Part shown: positions 17,263-27,287 of the stretch, one piece after another
Layout of the letters: each line of letters opens with the position of its first letter
How positions within the stretch are numbered: the stretch's first letter is position 1
Program-made: the position numbers and the translations under genes
Source of the DNA: an uncultured Gammaproteobacteria bacterium
GTDB taxonomy: Bacteria; Pseudomonadota; Gammaproteobacteria; Pseudomonadales; Pseudohongiellaceae
Assembly: GCA_963975155.1 (NCBI GenBank)
Contig: CAXBFG010000002.1
Location: forward strand, 264,181-328,180
Direction of reading: 5' to 3'
DNA: 64,000 bases
Notes under the pieces: generated by a model
What the model saw: the letters and a program-made list of their open reading frames with translations, nothing else
Database searches by the model: none
Told to the model about the DNA's origin: nothing

Positions 17263-19292
17263 AACTGGTAGCTAACGCCAACTCTGAAAGCCCTGGGTGT
17301 CGTTGCACGACTCATTAAACAGTTCGTCACATCGCAATCAATATCCTCAGAAGTCAGGCCAGGCGCATCCAAGCCCTGAACATAAGCCGGATAGTAATAA
17401 ACGATTTCCTTGCCGTCGGTATCAGCCAGATTGATGACCTCCACAAACATGGTCAGCGAATCCCAGTGATAGGCGCCACGTAAATTGATAGTCGTCAGAG
17501 ACTCTCCGCGATGAGTATTGGCAGCATCCAATGCATAAGGCCCCAGATAACGCATGCGGATACTGGCATCCCAATCGGGCCGTGTCAGTGACAGGCCTAA
17601 TTGTGCGGCTTCTTCCACCGCCTGCTCAACATAGATTCCATCGGGGTTATTCACGTAACGGGCTTCACTGCTGGTAAAAACCGCATCCAGTCCTAACCAG
17701 TCAGTTGGCTGCCAGAACATGGTTAATTCCAGCCCCTCTCTTTCCGATCCGCCCTTCGGCTCAACCGAGTTGGAATCACCGACGAAAATCAGTTCACTAT
17801 CCTGATTCAGCCACCAGTATGCACTGGTGAACTTGAAGTCTCCCAGGCTTAGACGACCACCTACTTCGTAACCTGTGCCGGCAGAAATACCCGCGATGGG
17901 ATCTGTTCTGTTTACCACACCTCTGCCATCATTGGAGTGAAAGCCCCTGCCCCAGTTGTAATATAGTTCAAGATTTTCAAGTGCCGTGTAGGCCAGACCT
18001 ATTTTAGGTGAAGCCTTGGCTGCCTCTTCCTTGCCATCGGCGCTCATGCTGTTCTTGGCGGTAATATCAAAATTATAAAAGTCGGAACGCAGGCCACCGG
18101 TTACCCGCAGGTTACGACTGGCATACCAGATTGCCTCGACATAGGTACCAATTGAGGTCTCGGCAATCTCATTTTCGGCAATGTCAGCAACATAGACACC
18201 GTTATTAAATTGTTCCACCCCGACACGGCTGCCATTATCATGCCGAAACTCTGCACCCGCCGTGATCACATAATCGGCACTATCAACCACTGTATAATTG
18301 CTATCTCCACCAAGTATCCAGCGCTTATCAAACTGGTTGATCTGGAAGTCATAAGTTGGATCAGAGGACATGGTCCAATCATAAAACTGGGCATAGACAT
18401 TCGCATTCCAGTCATTGCCATCCAGCCCCAGATTAGCGATCCAACGTGTTGTTTCACCTTTGGCGGTGCTATCCAGAGAGCAAAAGGCATCTTCACAGAC
18501 ACTGGTGCCAAAGGCGCGTTCAGGAATCTGTTCTGTTGGTTCCCAGCTGGCTTTATAGGCTGAAAGCGTAAAAGCCGCTTCCGCAAAACTCAAATCCGTC
18601 AGGTATTTGGCCCATAGGGAAAAGTGATTGAGATCTTCTGAATGCTCCCAGGGGCCATCATATGTTTTGTACTCCCCAATGACAGACAGAGTCCCGTCGT
18701 CCAACTCCTGACTCATGCCGCCGACATAACGGTGCCAGCCATTCTGTCCCAGCTCAGTAGAAACAAAGGGTCTCTCGACAATATCAATGGTGTGGATAAA
18801 AGAAGCACCAGCCAGTGAAAAATCCCCCAGATCAGCATAATAGGGCCCTTTGCGATAATCGATACCATCTACCGTTTCAGGAATAATGCCGTTGACGTCC
18901 AGATAGCCCTGTCCATGGCCATGAGTCCGTAAATTCAACGGCGTACCGTCCAGCCTTACGGTGTAGTCAGTACCATGATCCAGATTGAAGCCTCGCAAGA
19001 AATATTGATTCGCCTTGCCACTGCCGGAATGCTGGACGGCGACCATGCCGGGCATGGATTCAAGCAATTCTGCTGTTTTAACCAGGGGCCGTATCAGGAG
19101 GTCCGCGCCTCCGACATAGCCAACACTGGCAGATTCTGCCACACCCACCAGGTCAGTATTTCGGCCAAACACCACGACTTCTTCAATCTGAGCACCAGGT
19201 TGGGCAATTGCCATAGCACTCGCCATAGCTGCGCTTAATAAGCCTGCATTAAGCGTGAGTCTTTTGTTTGTCCTGGCTAATGTTTTATACAT
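17259..19292 (-). CDS. TonB-dependent outer-membrane receptor
   Basis: 677 aa with a signal peptide and a plug domain (IEEVVVFGR..., LLESMPGMVAVQHSGSGKANQYFLRGF). The long beta-barrel ends in the terminal motif ...FRVGVSYQF. Confidence 0.9.
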   Translation of the reverse strand: MYKTLARTNKRLTLNAGLLSAAMASAMAIAQPGAQIEEVVVFGRNTDLVGVAESASVGYVGGADLLIRPLVKTAELLESMPGMVAVQHSGSGKANQYFLRGFNLDHGTDYTVRLDGTPLNLRTHGHGQGYLDVNGIIPETVDGIDYRKGPYYADLGDFSLAGASFIHTIDIVERPFVSTELGQNGWHRYVGGMSQELDDGTLSVIGEYKTYDGPWEHSEDLNHFSLWAKYLTDLSFAEAAFTLSAYKASWEPTEQIPERAFGTSVCEDAFCSLDSTAKGETTRWIANLGLDGNDWNANVYAQFYDWTMSSDPTYDFQINQFDKRWILGGDSNYTVVDSADYVITAGAEFRHDNGSRVGVEQFNNGVYVADIAENEIAETSIGTYVEAIWYASRNLRVTGGLRSDFYNFDITAKNSMSADGKEEAAKASPKIGLAYTALENLELYYNWGRGFHSNDGRGVVNRTDPIAGISAGTGYEVGGRLSLGDFKFTSAYWWLNQDSELIFVGDSNSVEPKGGSEREGLELTMFWQPTDWLGLDAVFTSSEARYVNNPDGIYVEQAVEEAAQLGLSLTRPDWDASIRMRYLGPYALDAANTHRGESLTTINLRGAYHWDSLTMFVEVINLADTDGKEIVYYYPAYVQGLDAPGLTSEDIDCDVTNCLMSRATTPRAFRVGVSYQF

Positions 19293-19501
19293 GCCCTTGC
19301 TTCCCTAACTGATTTCAATGACTGACTGAGCCAAAGCTCATGGCTCCACTCTATCTCAGTTGCCGGGAAAAGGGCCGTACTTAACCGTTGTTGAACTGTT
19401 TAAGGACGTTAATGCATTGTTAAAAAGCCTTGTCAGGCCTTTGGATAGCCGGGTCTGGTGCTGCTGATCTGGGTGAGGTGCCAGAAATGCTTGCCTGCGC
19501 T

Positions 19502-20905
19502 TTACTTGATCATTAAATCTTCGCCGGATTGCCTGCGTTGCTGCTGCAATTCTTGTTGCTGTCGCCTTTCTTCTTCATGGCTGTTTTCACCGCCAACCCA
19601 TTTGTCCATGACAACACAGGCAACCATGTCCCCGGCAACATTCACCGAGGTTCGACACATATCCAGAATCCGGTCTACACCCATCAGCAAGGCAATGCCC
19701 GAAGCCGGAATGCCCACCGTGCTCAACACCATCGACAAAATGACTATGCCCACACCCGGAGTGGCCGGTGAGCCAATTGATGCACCTACGGCAACTACCA
19801 CCAGCAAAGCCAGGGAGCCGGTACTGAGGTCTATACCATAAACCTGCGCCAAGAATATCGTTGCTACCCCCTGATACAGCGCGGTGCCATTCATATTGAT
19901 GGTGGCACCGATCGGGATCACAAATTCGGCAATGGATGGTCTGACATTCAGTTTATCTTCAGCGGTTTTGATGGATAAGGGCATAACTGCCGCTGAACTT
20001 GACGTGGAAAAGGCCAGCAAGAGTAATTCCTTTAATTTACTGAGAAAAGTCAAAGGTGATTTTTTGGTGACAATCAAAATCAGCAGCAGATAGAGCATCA
20101 GCATAATCAGTAAGCCGAGCAACACCGTCATGACATAGATACTCATGCCGAGCAGGGCTTCGAAACCGATTCTGCTGACTAGCTGTGCCATCAGACCAAA
20201 TACGGCAATGGGGGCCAATAACATGGCGCCTTTAACCACCGTCATGCAGACTTCCTGCAAGGCGCCCAGAAAATCAAACAGTGGTTTAGTCCTTTCGACA
20301 GGTGTTAATAAAAGGGCAAAACCAAAAATAACCGAAAAAATGACCACTTCAAGCATCTGGTTCTCGACCATTGAATTCAATGGGTTGGTCGGAAACAGAT
20401 TAATCAGTGTTTGCGGCAATGTTGATAAATCAGGTAGCGCTGCTGCAGCCTCGTCGCCAACCTGACTGACCTGCTGCACATCAGAGAACAGAGAAGCTTC
20501 TATATAATTTCCCGGCTCAATAAACAGAGCCAGATTGATCCCGATGATAATGGCAATCGTGGTGGTGATAATAAAAAAAGCCACCACCGAAAGGCCCAGC
20601 TTTTTTAACTGATTAATATCATCCGTAGATGCCAGTCCGCGTATGATTGAGGCAAACACCAGCGGCACAACAATCATTTGTACCAGGATCAGGAACAGCT
20701 GCCCCGGTAAAGCCAGCCAGTTAGCGATCAGTTCTGAGTTAGCACTTTCAATCAGCCCAAGGGACGGACCCAGAAGAATACCAACCAGGATGCCGCACAA
20801 CATTCCCAGCAGAACCTTGAGCCAGAGTCGACCAGCCACCAATTTGTTGAGGTGGGAACTGAGGTAACTTAACGGTCTTGGATTTAGGGCCTGTAGAGAA
20901 ATCAT
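19502..20905 (-). CDS. Dicarboxylate/amino acid:cation symporter (DAACS, GltP-like)
   Basis: 467 aa with family motifs FSTSSSAAVMPLS, IGATINMNGTALYQ and DRILDMCRTSVNVAGD. It has an unusual charged C-terminal tail (EEERRQQQELQQQRRQ). Confidence 0.9.
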   Translation of the reverse strand: MISLQALNPRPLSYLSSHLNKLVAGRLWLKVLLGMLCGILVGILLGPSLGLIESANSELIANWLALPGQLFLILVQMIVVPLVFASIIRGLASTDDINQLKKLGLSVVAFFIITTTIAIIIGINLALFIEPGNYIEASLFSDVQQVSQVGDEAAAALPDLSTLPQTLINLFPTNPLNSMVENQMLEVVIFSVIFGFALLLTPVERTKPLFDFLGALQEVCMTVVKGAMLLAPIAVFGLMAQLVSRIGFEALLGMSIYVMTVLLGLLIMLMLYLLLILIVTKKSPLTFLSKLKELLLLAFSTSSSAAVMPLSIKTAEDKLNVRPSIAEFVIPIGATINMNGTALYQGVATIFLAQVYGIDLSTGSLALLVVVAVGASIGSPATPGVGIVILSMVLSTVGIPASGIALLMGVDRILDMCRTSVNVAGDMVACVVMDKWVGGENSHEEERRQQQELQQQRRQSGEDLMIK

Positions 20906-21022
20906 AGAGTATCGTGCATTCCCGCAAATGAAATAATTCTGCGAATGTAAAGTTCTGATCAGCTTCGCCTGTGATTAGCGATATAATAACCGATCTCAAC
21001 TTAAAGATATGTTATCTCATCT

Positions 21023-22717
21023 ATGACGGTATTAATCAGCACTTTGCTGGGCGGGCTGGGTCTTTTACTGATCGGTATGACGCTGATGACCGACGGCCTC
21101 AAGCTGGCGGCAGGCAATACCCTCCGGGATATTCTAGCCTTATGGACCAATAGCCGAATCAGAGCATTATGTTCCGGCTTTCTCATTACCGGGATCGTGC
21201 AATCATCCAGTGCCGTCACCGTTGCAACCATTGGCTTTGCCAATGCCGGAATGCTCAGCCTGGAGCGTGCTGTCTGGGTAATTTATGGCAGCAATGTGGG
21301 CACAACCATGACCGCATGGATCGTGGCCCTGATCGGCTTCAATGTAAACATAGAAGCGTTCGCACTCCCCCTGATTGGTCTGGGTGCCCTGCTGAAGTTA
21401 ACCGGTGCACAGTCAAAACGAGCCTCGCTGGGCATGTCCCTGGTCGGTTTTGGTTTATTGTTTCTGGGCATCAGTGTTCTTAAATCAACATTCGCCAGCA
21501 TTGGTAATGACTTTAGTTTTCCGGCTTTTGAACAGGTAAGCCTGTTAAGTGTCTGCCTTTATGTGCTGCTTGGATTCATACTGACGAGCATCATGCAATC
21601 TTCAAGTGCCGCAATGGTTATCGCACTGAGTGCCGCTGAAGGAGGCTTGATACAACTGGATGCTGCTGCAGCTGTCGTCATCGGCGCCAACCTCGGCACA
21701 ACAACGACTGCCTTAATTGCTGTTTTCGGGGCAACCTCTCTGGCTAAACGGGTTGCGGTAAGCCATGTGCTGTTCAATGTAGTGACTGCCCTGGTTGCCA
21801 TCATTCTGTTGACGCCCATGTTATGGATGGTCGCACTGCTCGAGAACCTGTTTAATCTAAACGCTTCCCCAGCCATGAGCCTTGCTGTTTTTCACTCCAT
21901 CTTCAATGTAGTCGGGGTCTTGTTAATGTGGCCCATTTCAAACAGCATGGTCGCTTTTTTAGCCCGGCGATTTACAACAACAGAAGAAAAGGAATCACAG
22001 CCTCAGCATCTGGACAAGAATGTCATGGCCCTGCCTTATATTGCCATTGACTCCATAGGCCTGGAACTTAAGCGTATTTCAGGACTGACTTTTAGTTACA
22101 TGCTGGCCTGTTTCGATGCCAGCAAAGAAATTACCACCCCATTTATCATACGCAACCTTGCTAAAGCTGTTGGTTCTTATGCTGCTGAATTAAACAGAAC
22201 TTCACTTACACCCTTTCTCGCCGAAGCCATTACCAGCCTCATTGAATCGTTACAGGAATTTATGTTTGTGCTGGAGCTCAGTACAGAAATATCCGCTTTA
22301 CAGGACATACACTTGATGTCACACAATACCGAGCTGGAATCCGAGGTAAGCAAATTTACCAGGAGTGTGCAGAACTACCTGAATTTATTAGCCAACATTT
22401 CTCTGCTGGAAATAGATAGCGAAAAAAGCAACTACATGCAAATTGAGGCAAACTACAGTCAGTTCAAGAAAGTCATTATGCAGCAGGCCTCCTACGGTAA
22501 TGTGCAAATCGATGAAATGGACAAGCTCCTGCAATATGCCAATGCTGCCAAACGTGCCAGCAGACATTTGTGGAAAGCCCAGCGACGTTTACTATCTGTG
22601 CAGGAATCCCTGCGACGTAATGCCGCCGGAGAAGTGACGCCTTCTTCCCTGCCGGAAAATTCTACCCTGAGTTTGCTGCAGGAAAACAACGCCATACTGG
22701 AAGAAAAAATCAGCTAA
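21023..22717 (+). CDS. Na/Pi cotransporter family protein with PhoU-like C-terminal domain
   Basis: 564 aa with duplicated Na_Pi_cotrans motifs (GIVQSSSAVTVATIGFANAG and SIMQSSSAAMVIALSAAEGG). A helical cytoplasmic C-terminus follows. Confidence 0.85.
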   Translation: MTVLISTLLGGLGLLLIGMTLMTDGLKLAAGNTLRDILALWTNSRIRALCSGFLITGIVQSSSAVTVATIGFANAGMLSLERAVWVIYGSNVGTTMTAWIVALIGFNVNIEAFALPLIGLGALLKLTGAQSKRASLGMSLVGFGLLFLGISVLKSTFASIGNDFSFPAFEQVSLLSVCLYVLLGFILTSIMQSSSAAMVIALSAAEGGLIQLDAAAAVVIGANLGTTTTALIAVFGATSLAKRVAVSHVLFNVVTALVAIILLTPMLWMVALLENLFNLNASPAMSLAVFHSIFNVVGVLLMWPISNSMVAFLARRFTTTEEKESQPQHLDKNVMALPYIAIDSIGLELKRISGLTFSYMLACFDASKEITTPFIIRNLAKAVGSYAAELNRTSLTPFLAEAITSLIESLQEFMFVLELSTEISALQDIHLMSHNTELESEVSKFTRSVQNYLNLLANISLLEIDSEKSNYMQIEANYSQFKKVIMQQASYGNVQIDEMDKLLQYANAAKRASRHLWKAQRRLLSVQESLRRNAAGEVTPSSLPENSTLSLLQENNAILEEKIS

Positions 22718-22873
22718 GGTCTGTTTTGGCTGCTGAAGACATATTTTCTTGCTGAAAAATTTTTTTTGAGCTGCAACTTGGAGCCGCATTGGGTAAGATT
22801 GTTAGCCTGCCTTTTGTAAAAGGCAAAGCATATTTTTCACCTACATAAGCCAACATAGACAGATTAAAGAGCA

Positions 22874-24340
22874 ATGCCGGAAGCACCCTCAAGTCAACCA
22901 CGAGCAATTGATTCAGCACTGGGCAACACCAGCAGCCTGAAGCTGCCGCCACATTCCATCGATGCTGAACAGGCTGTTTTAGGTGGACTGATGCTGGACA
23001 ACACCATGTGGGACGATGTTGCCGACATCCTTGTTGATGCAGATTTTTATCGCAAGGAGCACAGTATTATTTTTCAGGCCATGCAAAAACAGGATGATGC
23101 CGGCAAGCCCATCGACCTGGTCACCCTGGCGGAAGCTCTGGATCATGTAAACCAGCTTGAGCAGGCTGGCAGCCTGGACTATCTCGGTGCGCTGGCTAAC
23201 AACACTCCCAGTACGGCCAACATACTTGCCTACGCCAACATAATCCGGGAGCGGGCCATTTTGCGCCAGTTGATTTCGGTCGCCAACCAGATTGCCGATA
23301 GTGGTTATAACCCGGACGGACGTGATAGTGCCGAACTGCTGGATCTGGCCGAACAAAAAGTCTTTAAAATTGCCGATGAGCGCCCTAAGGACGGCGGACC
23401 ACAAAAGATAGATCCCTTACTAAAAAAGGGCCTTGACCGTCTCGAAGAACTCTTCAACTCAGAAGGGAACCTGACTGGCCTGACCACCGGCTTTAAGGAT
23501 TTAAATAACAGCACCTCCGGCTTGCAAAAATCCGATCTGGTGATTGTGGCCGGGCGTCCTTCAATGGGTAAAACCTCGTTTGCCATGAACATGGTAGAGA
23601 ATTATATCCTCAGTGAAGAGGAGCCCTTACCGGTACTGGTCTTCAGCCTGGAGATGCCTGCCGAGAGTCTGATTACCCGTATGCTTTCTTCCATTGGTAA
23701 AGTCGACCAGACCCGCATGCGTAACGGTAAATTACTTGAAGATGACTGGCCCAAGCTGACCCAGGCCATTAACAAACTGACCGGCAAGCCTTTATACATT
23801 GATGACACCGTCGGTTTGAACCCTACTGAAATGCGTGCACGTGCGCGCCGCGTCGCCAAAGATCACAACAATAAAATCGGCATGATCATGGTCGATTATC
23901 TGCAGTTAATGCAATTGCGCGGTTCGACCGAAAATCGCACCGGCGAAATCTCGGAAATCTCACGCGCCCTGAAACTGATGGCCCGTGAATTCTCGTGCCC
24001 GGTAGTAGCCCTGTCACAGCTAAATCGAAGCCTTGAACAACGCCCCAACAAACGCCCTGTCATGTCAGACCTGCGTGAATCAGGTGCTATTGAGCAGGAT
24101 GCCGACGTTATCATGTTCGTCTATCGTGATGAGGTATATAACGAAGATACCGAGCATAAAGGCATGGCCGAAATCATTATCAGCAAACAGCGTAATGGCC
24201 CCATCGGTACTTGTAACCTCAGTTTCATCGGAAAGTTCACCCGCTTTGAAAACTATATGCCAATGAGCGCAGGACAGAATTTCGGGGCAGCTTCCAGTTA
24301 TGGAAGCTATGGCAGTGACCCCGGAGATTTCGACGAGTGA
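22874..24340 (+). CDS. dnaB: Replicative DNA helicase DnaB
   Basis: PPHSIDAEQAVLGGLM, Walker A GRPSMGKTSFA, IMVDYLQLM, SQLNRSLEQR and IISKQRNGP. Confidence 0.97.
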   Translation: MPEAPSSQPRAIDSALGNTSSLKLPPHSIDAEQAVLGGLMLDNTMWDDVADILVDADFYRKEHSIIFQAMQKQDDAGKPIDLVTLAEALDHVNQLEQAGSLDYLGALANNTPSTANILAYANIIRERAILRQLISVANQIADSGYNPDGRDSAELLDLAEQKVFKIADERPKDGGPQKIDPLLKKGLDRLEELFNSEGNLTGLTTGFKDLNNSTSGLQKSDLVIVAGRPSMGKTSFAMNMVENYILSEEEPLPVLVFSLEMPAESLITRMLSSIGKVDQTRMRNGKLLEDDWPKLTQAINKLTGKPLYIDDTVGLNPTEMRARARRVAKDHNNKIGMIMVDYLQLMQLRGSTENRTGEISEISRALKLMAREFSCPVVALSQLNRSLEQRPNKRPVMSDLRESGAIEQDADVIMFVYRDEVYNEDTEHKGMAEIIISKQRNGPIGTCNLSFIGKFTRFENYMPMSAGQNFGAASSYGSYGSDPGDFDE

Positions 24341-25461
24341 TCCACCGGGTCAGAGCCAGCATCAAGCTCAGCGCCTTGACCAATAACCTGCGGGTCGCGC
24401 GTTCGCATGCCAGGAATCGCAAAATCATGGCCGTCATCAAGGCTAATGCCTATGGGCATGGCCTGCTGTCTGTGGCCGAAGCCCTGCAGAGTGCTGATGC
24501 TTATGCGGTCACCGATGTTGATGAAGCCGATCTGCTGTCAGCGGCAGGCACAGATAAACCCATCGTTATCTTGCAAGGCATTATCGAGCGCAGTGATATT
24601 GCCCGCATCGCCATAGCCGGTTACCAGCTTGTCATACATTCCGTGGAACAACTTGGCTGGCTCGAACAAGAACTAAGTAAGCTTAACAAGCCCCAGGCCC
24701 TGACTCTGTGGCTAAAAGTGAATACCGGTATGAGCAGATTAGGACTCATGCCGGATGAATGCCTCAATGCCAGGCAGTTCTTACAGGCCAAGCCCTGGTG
24801 TCAGGAAATCGTTCTGATGACACATCTGGCCAATGCCAACCTGCTGGATTCGAATCTTAATCAACACCAAGTTGATGCCTTTGTCGCTGCCAGCATGCAG
24901 ATGCCTGATCTTGCAAAGAGTATCGCCGCCTCTTCCGGCTTGCTGGCCGGTTTTGGTGCAGATACAGACTGGGTCAGACCCGGCATCATGCTCTATGGCA
25001 GTTCACCCTTTCCCTACTCCGATGAAAAACTCCGCCGCGAGTCTTTTGGTTTACAGGCTGTGATGACACTGCAATCGAAAATTATTGCCATCCAGAATTG
25101 CCAGGCCGGAGACAGTGTTGGTTATTGTTCGCAATTTATCTGCCCGCAGGCTATGCGCATCGGCATTGTCTGCATAGGTTACGCCGATGGTTACCCGAGT
25201 AATGCACCCAATGGCACTCCGGTGCTGATAAATGGCAAACGCTGTCACACTGTTGGCCGGGTTTCCATGGATATGATCGCAGTCGATTTATCGGCCGTCC
25301 CGGAAGCCAGCATAGACACAATCGTGACCTTGTGGGGTGATGAGCTGTCTGTGGATGAAATTGCCGAACATACCGGGATACTCTCCTATAATTTATGCTG
25401 CAGTGTTGCTGCGCGCGTTGAGCGAGTAACAGACAGTCAAAATGAGAGCTCCCGTGGCTAA
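24337..25461 (+). CDS. alr: Alanine racemase
   Basis: PLP-Lys motif AVIKANAYGHG about 35 aa from the GTG start, which overlaps the dnaB stop (GTGA). The C-terminal domain has VSMDMIAVDL. Confidence 0.93.
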   Translation: MIHRVRASIKLSALTNNLRVARSHARNRKIMAVIKANAYGHGLLSVAEALQSADAYAVTDVDEADLLSAAGTDKPIVILQGIIERSDIARIAIAGYQLVIHSVEQLGWLEQELSKLNKPQALTLWLKVNTGMSRLGLMPDECLNARQFLQAKPWCQEIVLMTHLANANLLDSNLNQHQVDAFVAASMQMPDLAKSIAASSGLLAGFGADTDWVRPGIMLYGSSPFPYSDEKLRRESFGLQAVMTLQSKIIAIQNCQAGDSVGYCSQFICPQAMRIGIVCIGYADGYPSNAPNGTPVLINGKRCHTVGRVSMDMIAVDLSAVPEASIDTIVTLWGDELSVDEIAEHTGILSYNLCCSVAARVERVTDSQNESSRG

Positions 25462-26824
25462 ACAGAAATCAGCCTATGTCTGCACAGATTGCGGAACTGA
25501 ACACGGTCAATGGCAGGGCCAGTGCGCGAGTTGTGGCGCATGGAATACCTTATCAAAAATAATGCTTGGTGCTGCCAGCGCCCCATCAGCCAGTGCCAAC
25601 TTCAAGCGCCAGGGTTTCACCGGCTCCAGCTCCACTGTAAAAACCCTCAATGACATTAATCTCGATGAAACCCCACGCATCGCCACCGGAATTGGTGAAT
25701 TCGACAGGGTGCTGGGTGAAGGTATTGTACCGGGCTCAGCGGTACTGATCGGCGGCAATCCCGGGGCCGGCAAAAGCACCCTGCTGTTGCAGATATTCTG
25801 CAAGTTGTCGCAGGACGTAAAGGCACTGTATGTCACCGGCGAAGAATCTTTGCAGCAGGTTGCCATGCGTGCCAAACGCCTCGGCCTGCCTACCGATAAA
25901 TTATTGATGCTGGCTGAAACCAACATTAACGCCATAACCGATGTTGCCCAGGAACATCAGCCCAAGCTAATCGTTATTGACTCCATTCAGGTGATGCACA
26001 GTGCCGAAATTGCTTCGGCGCCGGGCTCCGTTAGTCAGGTCCGGGAGTGTGCGGCTTACCTGGTGCAGTACGCCAAACAAACCAATACCGCCATCTTTCT
26101 GGTGGGCCATGTCACCAAAGACGGCAATCTGGCCGGGCCCAAAGTACTGGAACACATGATTGACTGCTTCATGATGCTGGAGGGTGGCGATGATTCTCGC
26201 TATCGCACTTTACGTGGCCAGAAGAATCGCTTTGGCGCCGTCAACGAACTGGGTGTTTTTGCCATGACGGAACTCGGCCTTAAGGAAGTAAAAAACCCTT
26301 CGGCTATTTTCCTGGCACGCACCGAAGATCTTTCTCCGGGTTCACTGGTGACCGTACTCTGGGAGGGTACCCGACCTTTACTGGTAGAAATTCAGGCCCT
26401 GGTAGACAGCTCACAGTTGGGTAATCCACGCCGTATTGCCGTGGGCCTGGATCACAATCGTATGGCCATGTTACTGGCAGTGTTACATCGGCACGGCGGT
26501 TTGTTTATGGCCGACCAGGATGTCTTTGTGAATGTCGTTGGCGGTGTTCGGGTGACTGAAACCAGCGCCGACCTGGCATTGATTCTGGCTGTTGTTTCCA
26601 GCTTTAAGGACAAGACCCTTGATCAGGAACTGGTGGTCTTTGGTGAAGTCGGTCTGGCCGGTGAAATCCGCCCGGTCCCGAATGGACAGCAACGCCTGCA
26701 GGAGGCTGCCAAACATGGTTTTACCCGTGCCATCGTGCCCAAGGCCAATGCGCCCAAACAGCCCATCAAAGGCATGCAGGTGATTGCCGTATCACGCCTA
26801 AGTGAAGCGATCGACGCGCTGTAG
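25442..26824 (+). CDS. radA: DNA repair protein RadA (Sms)
   Basis: Zn-finger YVCTDCG...CASCGAWNT, Walker A GGNPGAGKSTLLLQ, KNRFG motif and a Lon-like C-terminal domain. The true start may be the GTG at 25454 (MAKQK...). Confidence 0.95.
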   Translation: MRAPVAKQKSAYVCTDCGTEHGQWQGQCASCGAWNTLSKIMLGAASAPSASANFKRQGFTGSSSTVKTLNDINLDETPRIATGIGEFDRVLGEGIVPGSAVLIGGNPGAGKSTLLLQIFCKLSQDVKALYVTGEESLQQVAMRAKRLGLPTDKLLMLAETNINAITDVAQEHQPKLIVIDSIQVMHSAEIASAPGSVSQVRECAAYLVQYAKQTNTAIFLVGHVTKDGNLAGPKVLEHMIDCFMMLEGGDDSRYRTLRGQKNRFGAVNELGVFAMTELGLKEVKNPSAIFLARTEDLSPGSLVTVLWEGTRPLLVEIQALVDSSQLGNPRRIAVGLDHNRMAMLLAVLHRHGGLFMADQDVFVNVVGGVRVTETSADLALILAVVSSFKDKTLDQELVVFGEVGLAGEIRPVPNGQQRLQEAAKHGFTRAIVPKANAPKQPIKGMQVIAVSRLSEAIDAL

Positions 26825-26847
26825 AGAGCCTAGCCAAAAATTATTCC

Positions 26848-27208
26848 AAACTTAACTCTAGATCCGCCACACTCTTGCCCTTGCTCACCCTTCAATCTTC
26901 CCTTTGCTTTAGTCGGCGCTGCGGAACTCGTCGCTTTGCGACTCAGACAGTCCTCGCTTGATCCCGACGAAAGCAAAGTGAAAAAACATTTCAATGGGTT
27001 CACAAGGGTAAGAGTTGTGCCGTCTCAACAATTCATGTGATATCTGTAAAGTTTATGGCACAGACTATGCGCTCTTAGTCTTTGCGTGACCGTCTGGCGA
27101 CAGGACGTCGCCAGCCGAGCCTGCACAAGGACGTGCGTTTTTTGGCGTGTCACAAAAAGACTAAGAGCGCATAGTCTGAATGCAATCGAAAGATTTTTAG
27201 ACTAAGTT
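26848..27208 (-). repeat. Copy C (full length, opposite strand) of the structured intergenic element family; candidate ncRNA
   Basis: Its reverse complement aligns with copy B. Domain 1 stem is 27061-27083/27156-27178 (23 bp, perfect). Core is 26914-26960. Outer stem is 26848-26862/27196-27208. The stems differ in sequence from B but remain complementary. Confidence 0.8.
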
Positions 27209-27287
27209 ATGACTGTTAATAAATATTGCATTTCTTCGGCAGAATGCTATTGTGCGCCACCTTTTTTACGAGACGAGCATTTAAAGA

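Noticed and set aside
19293-19501. Cobalamin or other riboswitch in the leader of the TonB-dependent receptor gene
   Set aside because: Reading the - strand leader, I find no B12 box (GCCACTG-type) or the conserved GGGAA/GGTG core. The region is better explained by the terminator-like hairpin of the upstream symporter gene plus a promoter.
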